Shown piece by piece: positions 31,515 to 32,000 of a DNA stretch of 32,000 bases. Below the pieces are notes generated by a model. The model did not search any database. It was not told the DNA's origin and worked only from the letters and a program-made list of their open reading frames with translations. A program made the translations under genes and the position numbers. Source of the DNA: Candidatus Nanohalobium constans. Its GTDB lineage: Archaea; Nanohalarchaeota; Nanosalinia; Nanosalinales; Nanosalinaceae. The stretch is from NCBI RefSeq assembly GCF_009617975.1, contig NZ_CP040089.1:690001-722000 (forward strand), read 5' to 3'. The first letter of the stretch is position 1; every line of letters begins with the position of its first letter.

Positions 31515-32000
31515 ATGGGACAGAACGACTATACCAATAAACTTCGTGAATCATCAGAAAACCTTCAAAGAGCTGAGTCTGGACTAACTCATGGTGCAGT
31601 GAACTACGGTCCAAGTTCAATGAGCGAACCTACAAATCCTGGACCTTTAGTATTTCAGATGCCTGTTGCACTCAGAGAAGCAGCTGAATACTGTGAAGAT
31701 TTGGCAGAACAAACTGAGGAAGGGGGAAGACTGGATACAGTAAGAGAAATTCTAGGCAGGCCAACATCAGACGAAATAGCAACTCAGGAAATACCTGGAG
31801 ATCAAGTAAATTCGGTCTATGAGTCTACACAACCATTCAACGGTGAATTTACCTATAACGACTTTGAGCAGGCTGTACAAGCCTGGGACGAAGTTCATGA
31901 TTCAGAAACTTACGAGATGATAGAAGAACCAGGAGATGAATTTAGACCTATCGAACAGGTTCAAACTGCACTTGGTGAAGTTGCAACATTGCAGGACAGA
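31515..32000 (+). CDS. hypothetical acidic protein, N-terminal 162 codons (runs off the right edge)
   Basis: The ATG at 31515 stays open in frame to the window end: MGQNDYTNKLRESSENLQRAESGLTHGAVNYGPSSMSEPTNPGPLVFQMPVALREAAEYCEDL... A TATAAAAG-like box lies about 35 nt upstream. It is absent from the ORF track because it is open-ended. Confidence 0.4.
   Translation, partial: MGQNDYTNKLRESSENLQRAESGLTHGAVNYGPSSMSEPTNPGPLVFQMPVALREAAEYCEDLAEQTEEGGRLDTVREILGRPTSDEIATQEIPGDQVNSVYESTQPFNGEFTYNDFEQAVQAWDEVHDSETYEMIEEPGDEFRPIEQVQTALGEVATLQDR

Overview
Gene-dense archaeal chromosomal segment with about 50 protein genes and one intron-containing tRNA. Genes lie on both strands, most intergenic gaps are under 120 nt, and many gene ends abut or overlap.

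Most content is archaeal information-processing and housekeeping genes recognisable directly from the translations: archaeal histone, aIF5A, class-I CCA-adding enzyme, archaeal-type adenylate kinase, Elp3, SppA, a TrmB-type regulator, ATP-dependent DNA ligase, r-proteins L15e/S8e/L37e, RNase P subunits Rpp30+Pop5, TBP, MCM, aIF2-beta, endonuclease III, a UbiA prenyltransferase, a DRG GTPase, an Sm-like protein, CTP-type riboflavin kinase, two Nudix hydrolases and NucS/EndoMS.

Nearly all of these proteins are strongly acidic (E/D-rich). Hand counts of single 60-nt lines give roughly 42-45% G+C. Together with the compaction, this suggests a small-genome salt-in halophilic archaeon. Nanohaloarchaeota-like is my inference only. 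I see no rRNA, CRISPR array, transposase or integrase.

This is mostly core genome, and I cannot support a clear novel multi-gene system. The items most worth a second look are:
1. A 650-aa single ORF fusing a glutamine amidotransferase plus asparagine-synthetase module to a complete Dph6/MJ0570-type (diphthine-ammonia ligase family) PP-loop domain.
2. A more A/T-rich, non-acidic two-ORF islet between an RPA32-like gene and aIF2-beta. It looks like one gene split at an A6 run.
3. A RelE/RHH toxin-antitoxin pair wedged between mcm and the RPA32-like gene.
4. A coiled-coil protein with a Vms1/VLRF1-like GGxSQ loop.
5. A tRNA-Lys(UUU) with a 58-nt canonical-position intron.
6. Several smaller oddities: near-identical DNA in the two TBP repeats, an Nth Fe-S loop lacking one Cys, a 65-nt convergent overlap covering the Nob1 zinc knuckle, and a 298-nt gap holding a leaderless-looking 37-codon ORF.

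All family calls come from motif recognition by eye. No searches were run.
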